Shown here one piece after another: positions 1 through 11,550 of a stretch of 64,000 nucleotides of DNA. Source of the DNA: Prorocentrum cordatum (taxonomy: Eukaryota); the NCBI GenBank assembly GCA_963575745.1, contig CAUYUJ010000150.1, positions 1-64,000 on the forward strand. Direction: 5' to 3'. The notes beneath the pieces are model-generated. The model saw only the letters and a program-made list of their open reading frames with translations, did not search any database and was not told the DNA's origin. How positions within the stretch are numbered: position 1 is the stretch's first letter; every line of letters begins with the position of its first letter. A program made the translations under genes and the position numbers.

Positions 1-9
1 ATAGTAGAA

Positions 10-63
<54 letters not shown>
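1..63. repeat. (TAG)n microsatellite
   Basis: Direct reading: near-perfect TAG repeats abutting the element that starts at ~64. Confidence 0.95.
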
Positions 64-211
64 ACCGAACAGCTTTTGCTGATAGCTTTCTAGTGGGATC
101 AGAAGATAGCATATGGACTCCTCATGTTCCTTTTTGCTTTTGATAGCTGTCTTTGGCTTACAGAGTTTTTGCCACGGTACTCTTCTGTGGTGAAAAGGCG
201 CCAGTCTCGCG

Positions 212-2389
212 ATGGCATCTTCAGCGTCAGCTTCTCGTGGTGCTTCTCAGTCTGCGAACGAAAGCCGACAGGAGCCCGCGGTCGCCACTGGTCGCTGTGC
301 TTCTCAGCCTGCGTCTTTCACGATCGCCTCCTTCAACTTCGGATTCGATCAGAATATGATGACTGGGAAAAGGGCCGGCACTCACTTCTCCAACTTTGCC
401 CGCGTGTGCGCCACAATCGTCCAGGACGGTGATGCTGATCTGTCGTTTGCTTGCGAAGTCGGTGCGTCTCGGCAAGGCCTCAGCAAAGCGATGGCTGACG
501 CGGCAGACATCCTGACGAAACCGTTTGGCGACAATGTCTGTTTCTCCGAGGTTGACAACTACCTATGCCTGTGGGGATTCGGCGGTGCTTCTCAGCCTGT
601 CGACGTTTCCCTGCAGGGAGACAAGCATATCCATCACATCCCAATCGGGAGACATGTGGACGCGGCGATCACACGGTTCGATGTGCAAATAGAAGGCCAT
701 GGTAGAATTCATTTGATTACTGCCAACTTGCACATCGCTTGCGGAGCGAAGCCGCCGTCGGTGCTGACCAAACAACGCGCGGTCAGGCTCCTCCGACTCT
801 ACCTGGACAGCCTTCCAGGTCCGCAAGTGGACGCACCAGTTGTCCGCGCCATTGTCGGCGACAACAACCTGACGTCCACGCAGGCCCGCGTTGCTCTGCA
901 GCGCCACACCGATGACGAGCAGTTGCGGGATGTGTTTGCGCATCCAAGTGATCGCCAAGGTGACGACGTGGCGGTCTCTGGGGCCACTGCGCAGTTCAAG
1001 CCCATCGCTGTTGGCGCATCGTACCAGGACCGCGGCATGCGCAACGATTCCCACGATGCTGTTGCAATCACCATTACTCTCCCTGGTGCTTCTCAGCCTA
1101 AGGAGACAAAGAAGCGGAAGATTGCCTTAGGAGATTTCGTCGTCTCCGATACTGCTTCAGACAAAGCCGAAACTGAAGTCGACTGGGAACCCTTGCCAAG
1201 CCGATCTCCTTCGCCAGAATGGCAACCCATGCCAAGCCGCTCGCCTTCGCCGCAGCGCAACGAGCTTGACGATGAAGTTCATCAGCGCGCGCAGGAAGTG
1301 CATCGTGAGATGAGGGAGTACTGGGGGCAGATGTACGAGGAGAGCTACGATCCCAAACTTCTCCATCAGCTCAGCCTTCTGCTTTTCATGAAGAGGGCAG
1401 ACGCTGGTGCCCCTCAGCCTGGCGATGACTGCGACGCAGCCTATGCGTCGCAGGAAGAGACTGCTCGGGCCATTCAGGCTGTTCTGCGGATCCGCCGCGA
1501 CTTCCTCCGAAGCAAGAACATTGCGAACATGCGCCTTGTCCTTGCTGAGGAGGAGCGCGGGGAACTTGTCAAACGTGCTCGAGAAGAGTACGGAAGTTCT
1601 GCCTTCCAGGTTCAGCTGCAGAACCGAGATGCCGAGAAAGGGAAAGCGAAGGGAACAACGTCAGCGCAGCAGGAACGCGGCGCTGATCAGCCTGCGAGCA
1701 AAGGCAAGGGAAAAGGCAAGGGCAAGGAACAAGGCATTGGCAGCCTCCGTAAGTTCATCAGAGAGCAAAAGCGCAAGCGATGGCGCCGGCATCTGCAACG
1801 CGTTTCCGGGACGAAGCAGATCTGGGAGGTCCTCGCCTTTTCCGGCCGCTTCGACGTTGACACGCTCAAGCGAGCTTTGCACGTCGAGCCCGGCGATGCA
1901 CCCGCAGAGCTCGCCGATCGCAACCAGGTCTCTCAGGAAGAGCGCCGCCGCCTCCATCGTGACAAGGCGGAGGCCATTGCGCGCTACAACGAAGGTGAGC
2001 GGCTCTATCGCCATCGGCAAGAGGTGCAGCGTCGCGGCGCTAGTCAGCCTGCAGACGATGCCACTTTCACTCGCAGGCAATGGGATGTACTGCGGAAGTG
2101 GGAGAGCGGCGAGTTGCTCGAGAACCGCAATGCGGCGATTGTGGCGCTGGGGCATGGTCGTCTGCGCACGAAAGAGGGTGATTACCTTGACATCGGCGGC
2201 AGCGCCGGAGGTGGATCCCGGCGCATCATCGGTTCTTGGCAGCCTCCAGATTGGCGCGATTTCCTGGAAGACGAGCACGAGAGGCGATGGATCCAGGCCT
2301 GCTTGCCCGCGGTGCTTCTGAGCCTGCGGTGTTGGAATGCTACTTGCAAAATTGATTCCCTGCGCGGCCGCGCACAGCTTCTCTGCTGA
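212..2389 (+). CDS. Intronless protein with an N-terminal endonuclease/exonuclease/phosphatase (EEP, DNase I-like) domain and a basic, helical C-terminal region of unknown function
   Basis: 725-aa ORF (ATG start). EEP motifs in the expected order: IASFNFG, FACEVG, TANLHI, IVGDNNL, GDDVAV, NDSHDAV. Ancestral stop may be at 2285-2287 (CGA here, TGA in the paralogous copy at 3100-3102). Confidence 0.75.
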   Translation: MASSASASRGASQSANESRQEPAVATGRCASQPASFTIASFNFGFDQNMMTGKRAGTHFSNFARVCATIVQDGDADLSFACEVGASRQGLSKAMADAADILTKPFGDNVCFSEVDNYLCLWGFGGASQPVDVSLQGDKHIHHIPIGRHVDAAITRFDVQIEGHGRIHLITANLHIACGAKPPSVLTKQRAVRLLRLYLDSLPGPQVDAPVVRAIVGDNNLTSTQARVALQRHTDDEQLRDVFAHPSDRQGDDVAVSGATAQFKPIAVGASYQDRGMRNDSHDAVAITITLPGASQPKETKKRKIALGDFVVSDTASDKAETEVDWEPLPSRSPSPEWQPMPSRSPSPQRNELDDEVHQRAQEVHREMREYWGQMYEESYDPKLLHQLSLLLFMKRADAGAPQPGDDCDAAYASQEETARAIQAVLRIRRDFLRSKNIANMRLVLAEEERGELVKRAREEYGSSAFQVQLQNRDAEKGKAKGTTSAQQERGADQPASKGKGKGKGKEQGIGSLRKFIREQKRKRWRRHLQRVSGTKQIWEVLAFSGRFDVDTLKRALHVEPGDAPAELADRNQVSQEERRRLHRDKAEAIARYNEGERLYRHRQEVQRRGASQPADDATFTRRQWDVLRKWESGELLENRNAAIVALGHGRLRTKEGDYLDIGGSAGGGSRRIIGSWQPPDWRDFLEDEHERRWIQACLPAVLLSLRCWNATCKIDSLRGRAQLLC

Positions 2390-3230
2390 GGAAGACGAGG
2401 AAGAGGAGGAAGCGAGGGGAGAGGGCGCGCAGGAGGAAGAGGAGGAGGACGGGCAAGAGGAGGGCGGAGGCCGACGAGGATGAGGTGGAAGAGGAGGGGG
2501 GGCTCTGTCTGCCAGTCTCTGTGGTGCTTCTAAGCCTGCAGGCTTGCCTCGCTTTCCTCTTTTGTTCGTCGCCAGACTGGCGCGATCTAGTTCCAAAAGT
2601 GCTGCGCTGCACGGCCGCCCTCAGCCTCTGTGCTGACAGGACGAGGAGGAGGAGGAAGACAAGGGAGATGACGAGCAGGAAGAGGAGGAGGATGGGGCAA
2701 GAGGAGGGCGGAGGCGAAGGGGGATGAGGTGGAAGAGGAGGGGGGGCTCTGTCTGCCAGTCTGCGCGGTGCTTCTAAGCCTGCAGGTTTGCTTCGTTTAC
2801 CGCTTCTGTTCGCCGCCGGACCAGCGTGATCTAGTTCCAAAAGTGACGCGCTGCGCGACCGCGTTCAGCTTCCCTGCTGAAGAGGACGAGGAGGGGGGGG
2901 AAGAGAAGGGAGAGGGCGAGCAGGAGGAGAAGGAGGAAAAGGAAGAGGCGGGCGGAGGTGGAGGAAGACGAGGTGGAAGAGGAGGGGGGACTCTGTCTCT
3001 TAGTCTCTGTGGTGCTTTTAAGCCGGCAGGGTTGCCACGCTTGTTCGCCTGCGATCGCCGCCAGACTGGCGCGATCTTCGAGAAGACGAACAGGAGAGGT
3101 GATGGATCCAACTCTCCATGCCCGCTGTGCTTGTCAGCCTGCAGTATTGGAAGACTACTTCCAAAGGTAATGATCTGCTCGGCCGCGTTGGCACGGTGCC
3201 TGCGAGTGTCTGCGATGCTTCTTAGCTTGC
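2244..3230 (+). repeat. Degenerate ~245-bp tandem duplications derived from the 3' end of the EEP ORF
   Basis: GGATGAGGTGGAAGAGGAGGGGGGCTCTGTCTGCCAGTCT recurs at ~2478, ~2722 and (diverged) ~2968. The segment 2244-2370 recurs at ~3057-3190. Confidence 0.8.
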
Positions 3231-3792
3231 AGCTTTTGCCAGTTTTCTCGCTCCGTACGCTGCACTCATTTGTGCTCCTCGTGCGTGTCCGAAAAAACAC
3301 TTCGAAAGAACGCAGCCATCAAACGCAGCATTCATTGATGCATAAGCTCTACTTTAAACAATCATGGCCATCTTCACATCATCCACTTCAAGCGCTTCCG
3401 TGAGCACGCAGTGAACGTAGATACCAGAGTCTCATTTGAAACTACATTCGTTGATGCCGAGTGCTCGTTTAAACTCACATCCGTCGATCGCAGACTTTGA
3501 TGCAAAAGTCTACAATGAGAGTCCGAGTTGAATATTAATGAAATCGCCATCTGAATCTAAATGATGGTGCACGCATATATGCTTTTACACATCGTTGTTA
3601 GGTTGCTTTGCTTGGATAATTAGATTATGGTCAGGCCTGGCGCTCTGTGGGGGTTCCGAGGCCCTCTAGGGGCAATCTCACATCAAGAAGGGAGTATTCA
3701 CCTACCTCATGGGAGATCGTTTGATTTTGGCTGATCTGAGTTGATTGGGGATTCTCTTCGGACTCCCTCTTGTCCTTCTCGGTACCGTTTTT

Positions 3793-4365
3793 ACCTAACA
3801 GCGTAGACTGATAGGTTGTTAGTAGGATCAAAAGAGGGCAGCAGCTTACTCCACAGGGGGGTCTGGGCGGATGTCGGCGAGCTGCCGGGCGGACGCCGGG
3901 CGGACGAACCGGGTTCGTTTTTCGCCAACAGTCACACACTTCGTGCTCTTCGACCTCCCAGAACTCCATTCCCGGGCCACATTGTGAATAACCGGACGCA
4001 ACAGTCATACACTTCGTGCTCTTCGAGTTCCCAGAACACCATTCCCGGGCCACATTTTGAATGCCCGGAGCCAACTGTAGGCCACTTCGTGCTCTTCGAG
4101 TTCCCAGAACGCCATTCCCGGGCCACATTCTGAATGCCCAGAGCCAACTGTAGGCCACTTCGTGCTCTTCGATTTCCCGGAACACCGTTCCCGGGCCACA
4201 TTCTGAATGCCCGGAGCCAACTGTAGGCCCTTTCGTGCTCTTCGACTGCCCCGAACGCCATCGCCGAATGCCACTCCTGCCACTCCTGGCGCACATTTTG
4301 GATGCCCGGAGCCAACTGCACGCCACTTCCTGCTCTTCCACCTCCCAGAATTCCATTCCCGGGAC
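3793..4365 (+). repeat. Element head followed by ~6 copies of a 73-bp minisatellite (3927-4365)
   Basis: Unit GCCAACTGTAGGCCACTTCGTGCTCTTCGAGTTCCCAGAACTCCATTCCCGGGCCACATTTTGAATGCCCGGA; period 73 (CCAACT at 4071, 4144). Head ACCTAACAGC...ACTCCACAGGGGGGTCTGGGCGG is shared with 6587-6666. Confidence 0.9.
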
Positions 4366-4412
4366 GCATTGTGGAGAACACGCCATTGTAGTCGTAGTAG
4401 TACTCGTACGCC

Positions 4413-4650
4413 TCTCCTCCTCCTTCTACTCGCTCCTCCTTTTTCTTTTCTCATCGACGTCAGAACCCTTGCCTCCTATGACGTCCTCCGCTGGCCTGGG
4501 TGGTCTACTCAGGTCGCGGAGGGGGATAGGAGGGGGGTCGTTGCCATGGCTGGTTCCCTCGAGTTGACGACGGGGAGGGGGGGGTGCACCGTTCTTTCGG
4601 ATGTGCACATCCCCCCCTCCAAGGGTCTCCGAGCCCTTTCTCTCCGTAGA
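4413..4650 (+). repeat. ~210-bp dispersed repeat ending in a (TAG)n tail, copy 1
   Basis: Near-identical to 5378-5582 (TCTCATCGACGTCAGAACCCTTGCC...CTCCGTAGAGTAG). Confidence 0.85.
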
Positions 4651-4673
4651 GTAGTAGTAGTAGTAGTAGTAGC

Positions 4674-4720
<47 letters not shown>

Positions 4721-5242
4721 GAGCAGTAGTAGTAGTAGTAGTAGTAGCAGCAGTAGTAGTAGTCGTAGTAGTCGTAGTAGTCGTAGTAGTCGTAGTAATA
4801 GTCGTAGTAGTAGTAGTATGTAAAGAAAGCTCATAGTTCAATTATGTAGTAAGTAGTAGTAGATCCGTAGTCGCAGTCGGAAGTCGTAGTTGCTAGTCGT
4901 ATCGTAGTCGTAGTCGTAGTCGTAAGCTTCGTAGTCGTAGTCGTAAGTCGTAGTCGTAGTCGTAGTCGTAGTCGTAGTCCGAAGTCGTAGTCGTAGTCCG
5001 TAAGTCTAGTCGTAGTCGAGTCGTAGTCGTAGTCCGTATTCGTCGTCGGTCGTCGTCGTCGGTCGGCGTCGCGTCGTCGTCGTCGTCGTCGTCGTCGTAG
5101 TAGTAGTAGTAGTAGAAGTAGTTAGTAGTAAGTATAGTTAGTAGTAGTAGTCGAAGTAGTCCAGTCAGTATCCTAGTATCGTAGTCGTAGTCGTAGTCGT
5201 AGTCGTAGTCGTAGTCGAGTCGTAGTAGTAGTAGTAGTAGCC

Positions 5243-5316
<74 letters not shown>

Positions 5317-5340
5317 TAGTAGTAAGTAGTAGTAGTAGTA
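4650..5340. repeat. (TAG)n/(TAGTCG)n/(TCG)n compound microsatellite
   Basis: Direct reading. Confidence 0.95.
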
Positions 5341-5377
5341 CAAACACAACACTCCACCCTCTCCTCCTCCTTTTTCT

Positions 5378-5610
5378 TCTCTCATCGACGTCAGAACCCT
5401 TGCCTCCTATGACGTCCTCCGCTGGCCTGGGTGGTCTACTCAGGTCGCGGAGGGGGATAGGAGGGGGGTCGTTGCCATGGCTGGTTCCTTCGAATTCACG
5501 ACGGGGAGGGGGGGGTGCACCGTTCCCTCGGATGGGCACATCCCCCCCTCCTAGGGTCTCCGAGCCCTTCCTCTCCGTAGAGTAGTAGTAGTAGTAGTAG
5601 TAGTAGTAGC

Positions 5611-5675
<65 letters not shown>

Positions 5676-5797
5676 GAGCAGTAGTAGTAGTAGTAGTAGT
5701 AGTAGTAGCAGTAGTAGTAGTAGTAGCAGTAGTAGTAGTAGTAGTAGTAGTAGCAGTAGCAGTAGCAGCAGCAGTAGTAGTAGTAGTAGTAGTAGTA
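5378..5797 (+). repeat. ~210-bp dispersed repeat copy 2 plus (TAG)n tail
   Basis: Duplicate of 4413-4650, followed by TAG/CAG repeats to ~5797. Confidence 0.85.
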
Positions 5798-6139
5798 CAT
5801 CCCCGTTAAGAAAGTTAATTCATCTTGGCTAAAATTGACATGTGTGGGCGCTGTGGTGAGGAGTGGTATGGGAGTGATTCTTCCTTGTGGCTTCACACGG
5901 GGAGAGATTCAGAGTTGCCTGGAAGCGACCGGGAGTGATTTCTCTCTTGTGATTTTTCGGGGGAGAGATTTTTTCCTGAATGGGTTATATACTATTAATG
6001 CTACCAGGGAGAACCCCAGAAATCTCTCCCGCCAAGCCAGGCCGAAGACTGCCGTGCTAGGAGTCTACGGGGGGAAGGGGGGGCCATTCGGAGACGCCCT
6101 AGTCGTCAGTGCTCAAGATGAATAACTTTCGTAACGGGT

Positions 6140-6140
<1 letters not shown>

Positions 6141-6224
<84 letters not shown>

Positions 6225-6268
6225 CGTAGTCTAGTCGAAGAGTAGTAAAGTAGTAAGTAGTAGTAGTA

Positions 6269-6302
<34 letters not shown>

Positions 6303-6303
6303 T

Positions 6304-6362
<59 letters not shown>
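6141..6362. repeat. (TAG)n microsatellite
   Basis: Direct reading. Confidence 0.95.
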
Positions 6363-6585
6363 TTTTGAAGTTTTTTGAGCTCACGCGTAAGAAAGCTTTC
6401 CCATGCGTTCCGATCAGTGCCGTGGGAGAAAAGTGCTCTACGAGGCTCCCGGCGGTAACCTGGTTGACGGTTTACCGCCGCCAGCTTCCCAGTTGCAAAC
6501 TTCACACGCGGGGACCTCTGCTTGTTTTGTCGTTGAAAAAACATTATCGGACTACCCCTTCAAAAACGAATTCGTAAGCTCTAAT

Positions 6586-7683
6586 AACCTAACAGCTTTT
6601 GCTGATAGGTTTTCCTAGTGGTCAAAAAAGAAAGCAGCAGATGACTCCACAGGGGGGTCTGGGCGGGTGCCGGACAGGGTGCCGCAGAAGTCGTTTTAAG
6701 CCAACAGTCACACACTTCGTGCTCTTCGACCTCCCAGAACTCCATTCCCGGGCCACATTCTGAATGCCCGGAGCCAACTGTAGGCCACTTCGTGCTCTTC
6801 GACTTCCCAGAACTCCATTCCCGGGCCACATTTTGAATGCCCGGAGCCAACTGTAGGCCACTTCGTGGTCTTCGAGTCCCCAGAACTCCATTCCCGGGCA
6901 ACATTTTGAATGCCCGGAACCCACTGTAGGCCACTTCGTGCTCTTCGAGTTCCCAGAACTGCATTCCCGGGCCACATTTTGAATGCCCGGAGCCAACTGT
7001 AGGCCACTTCGTGCTCTTCGATTTCCCAGAACTCCATTCCCGGGCCACATTTTGGATGCCTGGAGCCAACTGTAGGCCACTTCGTGCTCTTCAAGTTCCC
7101 AGAACTCCATTCCTGGGCATGATTTTGAATGCCCGGAGCCAAGTGTAGGCCACTTCGTGTTCTTCTAGTTCCCAAAACTCCATTCCTGGGCCACATTTTG
7201 AATGTTGAGGCAGGCTGATGCTGCGGCCGAGGCAGGCTGAGGCTGAGGCAGGCTGAGGCTGAGGCCGAGGCTGAAGGCAGACTGAGGCTGAGGCTGAAGC
7301 AAACTGAGGCTGAGGCTGAGGCAGGCTGAGGCTGAGGCTGAAGCAGGCTGATGCTGAGGCAGGCTGAGGCTGAGGCTGAAGCTGAAGCAGGCTGAGGCTG
7401 AGGCAGGCTGAGGCTGAGGCCGAGGCTGAAGGCAGACTGAGGCTGAGGCTGAAGCAGGCTGAGGCTGAGGCTGAGGCAGGCTGAGGCTGAGGCAGGCCGA
7501 GGCTGAGGCATGCTGAGGCTGAGGCTGTGACTGCGACTGCCGTTGCCGCTGCGACTGTCATCGCGAATGCGACTACGACTGCGAGAGCAGCAAAATTCTA
7601 CAACTGGATTTTCATCTGAATCTTAAGGGGAATGTTTTCAGATATGCTTCTACACACCGCTGTTAGGTTGCTTTGCCGGGATA
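6586..7683 (+). mobile_element. Non-coding member of the 64-3617 element family: 5' hairpin, 73-bp array (~7 units, 6700-7205), (GAGGCT)n-like tract (7205-7525), 3' sub-terminal IR
   Basis: AACCTAACAGC (6586-6596) is the exact reverse complement of GCTGTTAGGTT (7659-7669) and also pairs with the adjacent GCTGATAGGTT across a TTTT loop. Both ends match 64-88 and 3548-3617. Confidence 0.75.
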
Positions 7684-8472
7684 TTTTTTTACAAAAAGAA
7701 GTCCTCCCGGAGACTGGCGGGACAGCAGGGGGGGGGGGGGAAATTGCACCGTACTATGCAGGACCGGGAATGGCGGGGGGGGGGCGTCCGGCAAGGCTTT
7801 GGGCCTCAATTGTGTATTTGTTGTCATTTTTCAGCCTCCACCGCGCCCTTTTTCTCAATGGCAAGGCTCCCATCCTTGAAACTGTCGCCAATTTTGAGGC
7901 CCCGCGCGCGGCTTCTGAGAGAGCCGCCAAGAGGCCCCAGGAGGTCTCAGGAGGCATCAGGAAGTTCCAGGGGGCTTCAGGACGTCCCCGGAGGCCGTGG
8001 GAGTCCTAAGGAGGCTCCAGGACGCTCCAGGATGCCCCAGGATGCCCCGCAAGGTCCCACAAGGCCCCAGGAGGTCCCATCACGCTCCGGGCGTATCCTG
8101 AACAACCCAAAAGTTCCAGAACGCTGAAGACGCCCCTGGAAGGCAGAGGATAACCTAGGAGAGCCCAGGAGGTTTCAAGAGGCCGCAGGAAGTCCCCAGA
8201 AGTTGCTATCCCAGGAGGCCCCCGGGATTACTAGGAGGCTCCATGAGGTCCCATGGTCCATCACGCCCGAGGTAGGGAGGGTGAGGCGGAGGAGGAGGAG
8301 GAGGACGTGGAGGAGGAGGAGGAGGAGGACAAGGAAAAGGAGGAGGAGGACGAGGAGAAGGGTGAGGAGGAGGACGAGCATGATGAGGAAACGATGAGCA
8401 GGGTGACAGCATGACGCCCCAGCAAATACACTTGGCCCAATTGGTGTTTACCCCCGTGAGGGGCGCTACATG

Positions 8473-8540
<68 letters not shown>

Positions 8541-8547
8541 CGTAGTC

Positions 8548-8626
<79 letters not shown>

Positions 8627-8633
8627 CAGCATC

Positions 8634-8671
<38 letters not shown>

Positions 8672-8754
8672 AAGTAGTAGTAGTAGTAGTAGCAGGAGTA
8701 GCAGGAGTAGCAGGAGTAGTAGTAGTAGTAGTTGTAGTCGTAGCAGTAGTAGTC

Positions 8755-8807
<53 letters not shown>

Positions 8808-8978
8808 CGTACAAGTAGTAGTAGTAGTAGTAGTAGTAGTAGAAATCGTAGACGTATCGTAGTCGTAGTCCGAAAGTCGTAGTCGTAGTCGTAGTCCGTA
8901 GTCGAGAAGTCGTAGTTCGTAGTCGTAATCGTTTGTAGTTTAGTTGTAGTCGTAGTCGAAGTCGTTCGTAGTAGTAGT

Positions 8979-9017
<39 letters not shown>

Positions 9018-9027
9018 CAGGAGTAGC

Positions 9028-9075
<48 letters not shown>

Positions 9076-9123
9076 CGTAGTAGTAGTAGTAGTAGTAGTA
9101 GTCGTAGTAGTAGCAGGAGTAGC

Positions 9124-9194
<71 letters not shown>

Positions 9195-9293
9195 CAGTAG
9201 CAGTAGCAGTAGCAGTAGCAGTAGCAGTAGCAGTAGCAGTCGCAGTCGCAGTAGCAGTAGTAGTCGTCGTCGTAGTAGCAGTACTAGTAGTAG
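8473..9293. repeat. (TAG)n/(CAG)n/(TAGTCG)n compound microsatellite
   Basis: Direct reading. Confidence 0.95.
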
Positions 9294-10427
9294 AAGACTG
9301 TGTTAATGTAGTTCTTCCCTTTGTCCTTCCGTTTCTCCCCCCCCCGTGCCCTCGCCCACCCCCCCCTTCCTCCTCCGCCCGCTGCTGCCCCTGCTTCCCC
9401 TCTCCGTCCGACCTGCCCACCCCCCAGCGACAGCATCCTCTCCAAACCAGTCCGCGGGTCCCGTTTGGGCACTGTCATGGCATTCCGAGCCGCGTCCAGC
9501 GGTGGTGGCGGGGAGGGCACCCGAAGGCCCAGAAGGGGAGAACCAGAGGACCCAGGCCTCCCAGACGGGGCTCGGGTAGGCAGGGTTGCGGGTTTGAGCT
9601 GCGCGTTGCCAATGCATCGGCGATGCTGCGCGACCCAGGGCAGGGCTGGACCTAAACGTTGTTGTTCGTTTTGTTTTCGTATTGCTTTTCGTTTTGCTCT
9701 ACCTGTTTTCCTGAACCTCCCTCCCATAACGAACAACAATACACAGCCGAAATCCAGCAGAACAGCGTTTAGGTCCAGCCCTGACCCAGGGCCTGAGTTC
9801 CGCCATCCCGACGTCGCCCATGCATTGCCGATGCCTCGCTGGTGCCTCGGTGACACTGCGATCCCTTGGCCGCCGCTACTCGGGTTCCATTTGAGGGTTC
9901 TCCAGCGGGGGTAAGAGGAACCCGTTTTCTTGTTGCGCTGTCTTGTCATAGGGTGCAACGCTCGTTGAATAAATCGAGGGGGGCTCGTGGATAGCAAACG
10001 CGAAGGAGAACACGCTCAAACAAGCATGAAACGTATGAGAGTGCAATGGGACATTGGAGCGAAAAGAGAGCTTGTCAAGAGCGAGAGTAACGACAGTGGT
10101 ACAGGTCTCTCCTCTTCGATCTTTGATCCCAGACCCACGACATCGTGATTATTTTACAACGTTTACCTCCGAATCTATTTTTTCTGGGGACACGTCTTTA
10201 TCCCGAGTCTTTGTGTTGACGATCCCCAGGTCGGTAAAGGTAGCCGGAGGCCAAACATTGCTAACATCATTGCATGACGGCGCGAGTGATTCTGGGTCGG
10301 CCCCAGAGCCGTTCTTGGGGGCGTTCAGACCTTACTTCCGAATGGGGACGTTGTGACAACAAGGAGACCCTCAACGTTTGGAGCATGCTTCAAAACGCTC
10401 AGAGCATCGAACCTCGGGCCTCGCACC

Positions 10428-10615
10428 GCGCTGGTTCGCGTTGCGTCGACCAGCGGCGGCCCCGCCGATGGCGTTCAACATTGAACGCTGCCGGCGACCT
10501 AGAATCGGTCGATGTTCAACGACCTGATGTTTCGGAAACGGCCGATGAATCAAGCTTGGACGATCCCCGCGGTGTTAGAAACCAATGCCGAGGTCGGCAT
10601 GATACGAACTTGCCG
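10428..10615. mobile_element. ~185-bp MITE-like element (family M1), diverged copy
   Basis: Homologous to 31878-32066 and 52414-52598 (GAATCGG..., CGCGGTGT(C/T)AG(A/G)A, terminal CGAAC(C/T)TGCCG). Confidence 0.7.
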
Positions 10616-11334
10616 CACGTTCGTGCCATTCCTTTCACCCTGGAGCTCAAAGTCGTATTCTTCTGCAGTGGGTCCCGGAGCCCTCGACCACCTTCTGGGG
10701 ACAGGTGTTCACAGCCGCCCAAGGGAGTTTTTGTCCATGCCCTGGGGGCGGTCCTTTTTCTCGAAGAATCCATCCTCCGATCTGTCTTTTTTGTCAGTCC
10801 GCGGCCCCATCGGAGGTGGATAGACCTCCTAACCTGACACGTCGATAAGGAATTGGCCGTTTTCGGTCCGCGAGAGGGCGTCGCGGCCGTCATTTTTGCG
10901 GGTCCAGGTCTGTCGGTTTCGGTCCCAGGCCGTTTTCACTAAGGGGAGGTTTACTAAAGGGAGGTTTGTCCACCGCCGACCCCAGAGGTCCCGACCCCTT
11001 CCCCGGGGGTGATTCTTCGACCAGGATCCATTTTTGCTGACCCCCGTCCCCGATAGCGAGGCCCAGAGGCCGAAATCGGTGAAACACCGCCAGATTAAAA
11101 GATCAGATCTTCGGAGGTCTCTGGAACGCCCCCCCCGTGCCAAGCGCGGAACCAACTCCGGGGCCAGCACCATGGCTCGGCGGCGAGCCGAAGGGCGGGC
11201 CTTCTCGGAAGGCTCGGAAGTCCCCGGGCTTGCCGAGAAGTGTTCTAAGCCTTCCCCGAAGACGCTGGCAGTTCCCAAGAAGGCGCGAGGGCTCCCGAGA
11301 AGTCCAGCACACTTTTGGGAAGGCCTTCTCCTTC

Positions 11335-11550
11335 TTTTTGGACGCCCGAAATGGGTACGGAAAAGATGGGTACAATGCCCAACAACGAGTGTTGTCCCAA
11401 ACCAACAGCGGCCGCTGTTTGGACCTTGGCCTTCTGTTTCAAATGGACACATGTCGCGGCGGCGCGGACAGCGAGTCCTGTCTAAAATGAACAGGAACTG
11501 CTGTTGGGCTGTTGGGCATTGTGCCCATGCTTTCCCTACCCGTTTCGTTC
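11335..11550. mobile_element. MITE-like element with long imperfect inverted arms (family M2)
   Basis: GGGTACGGAAAAGATGGGTACAATGCCCAACA pairs with TGTTGGGCATTGTGCCCATGCTTTCCCTACCC. The left arm is the reverse complement of 52706-52757. Confidence 0.65.

Larger units (their letters stand above)
64..3617 (+). mobile_element. Putative coding member of a hairpin/sub-terminal-IR element family (Helentron/Helitron2-like architecture), carrying an EEP nuclease ORF
   Basis: 5' end ACCGAACAGCTTTTGCTGATAGCTT (64-88) matches ACCTAACAGCTTTTGCTGATAGGTT at 6587 and a diverged head at ~3793. 3' end CATCTGAATCT...ATATGCTTTTACACATCGTTGTTAGGTTGCTTTGC..GGATA (3548-3617) matches 7613-7683. Superfamily assignment is inference; no Rep/helicase is seen. 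Confidence 0.65.

Noticed and set aside
3927..7205. 73-bp arrays as CRISPR-like arrays
   Set aside because: Units are contiguous tandem copies without unique spacers, and no cas genes are present
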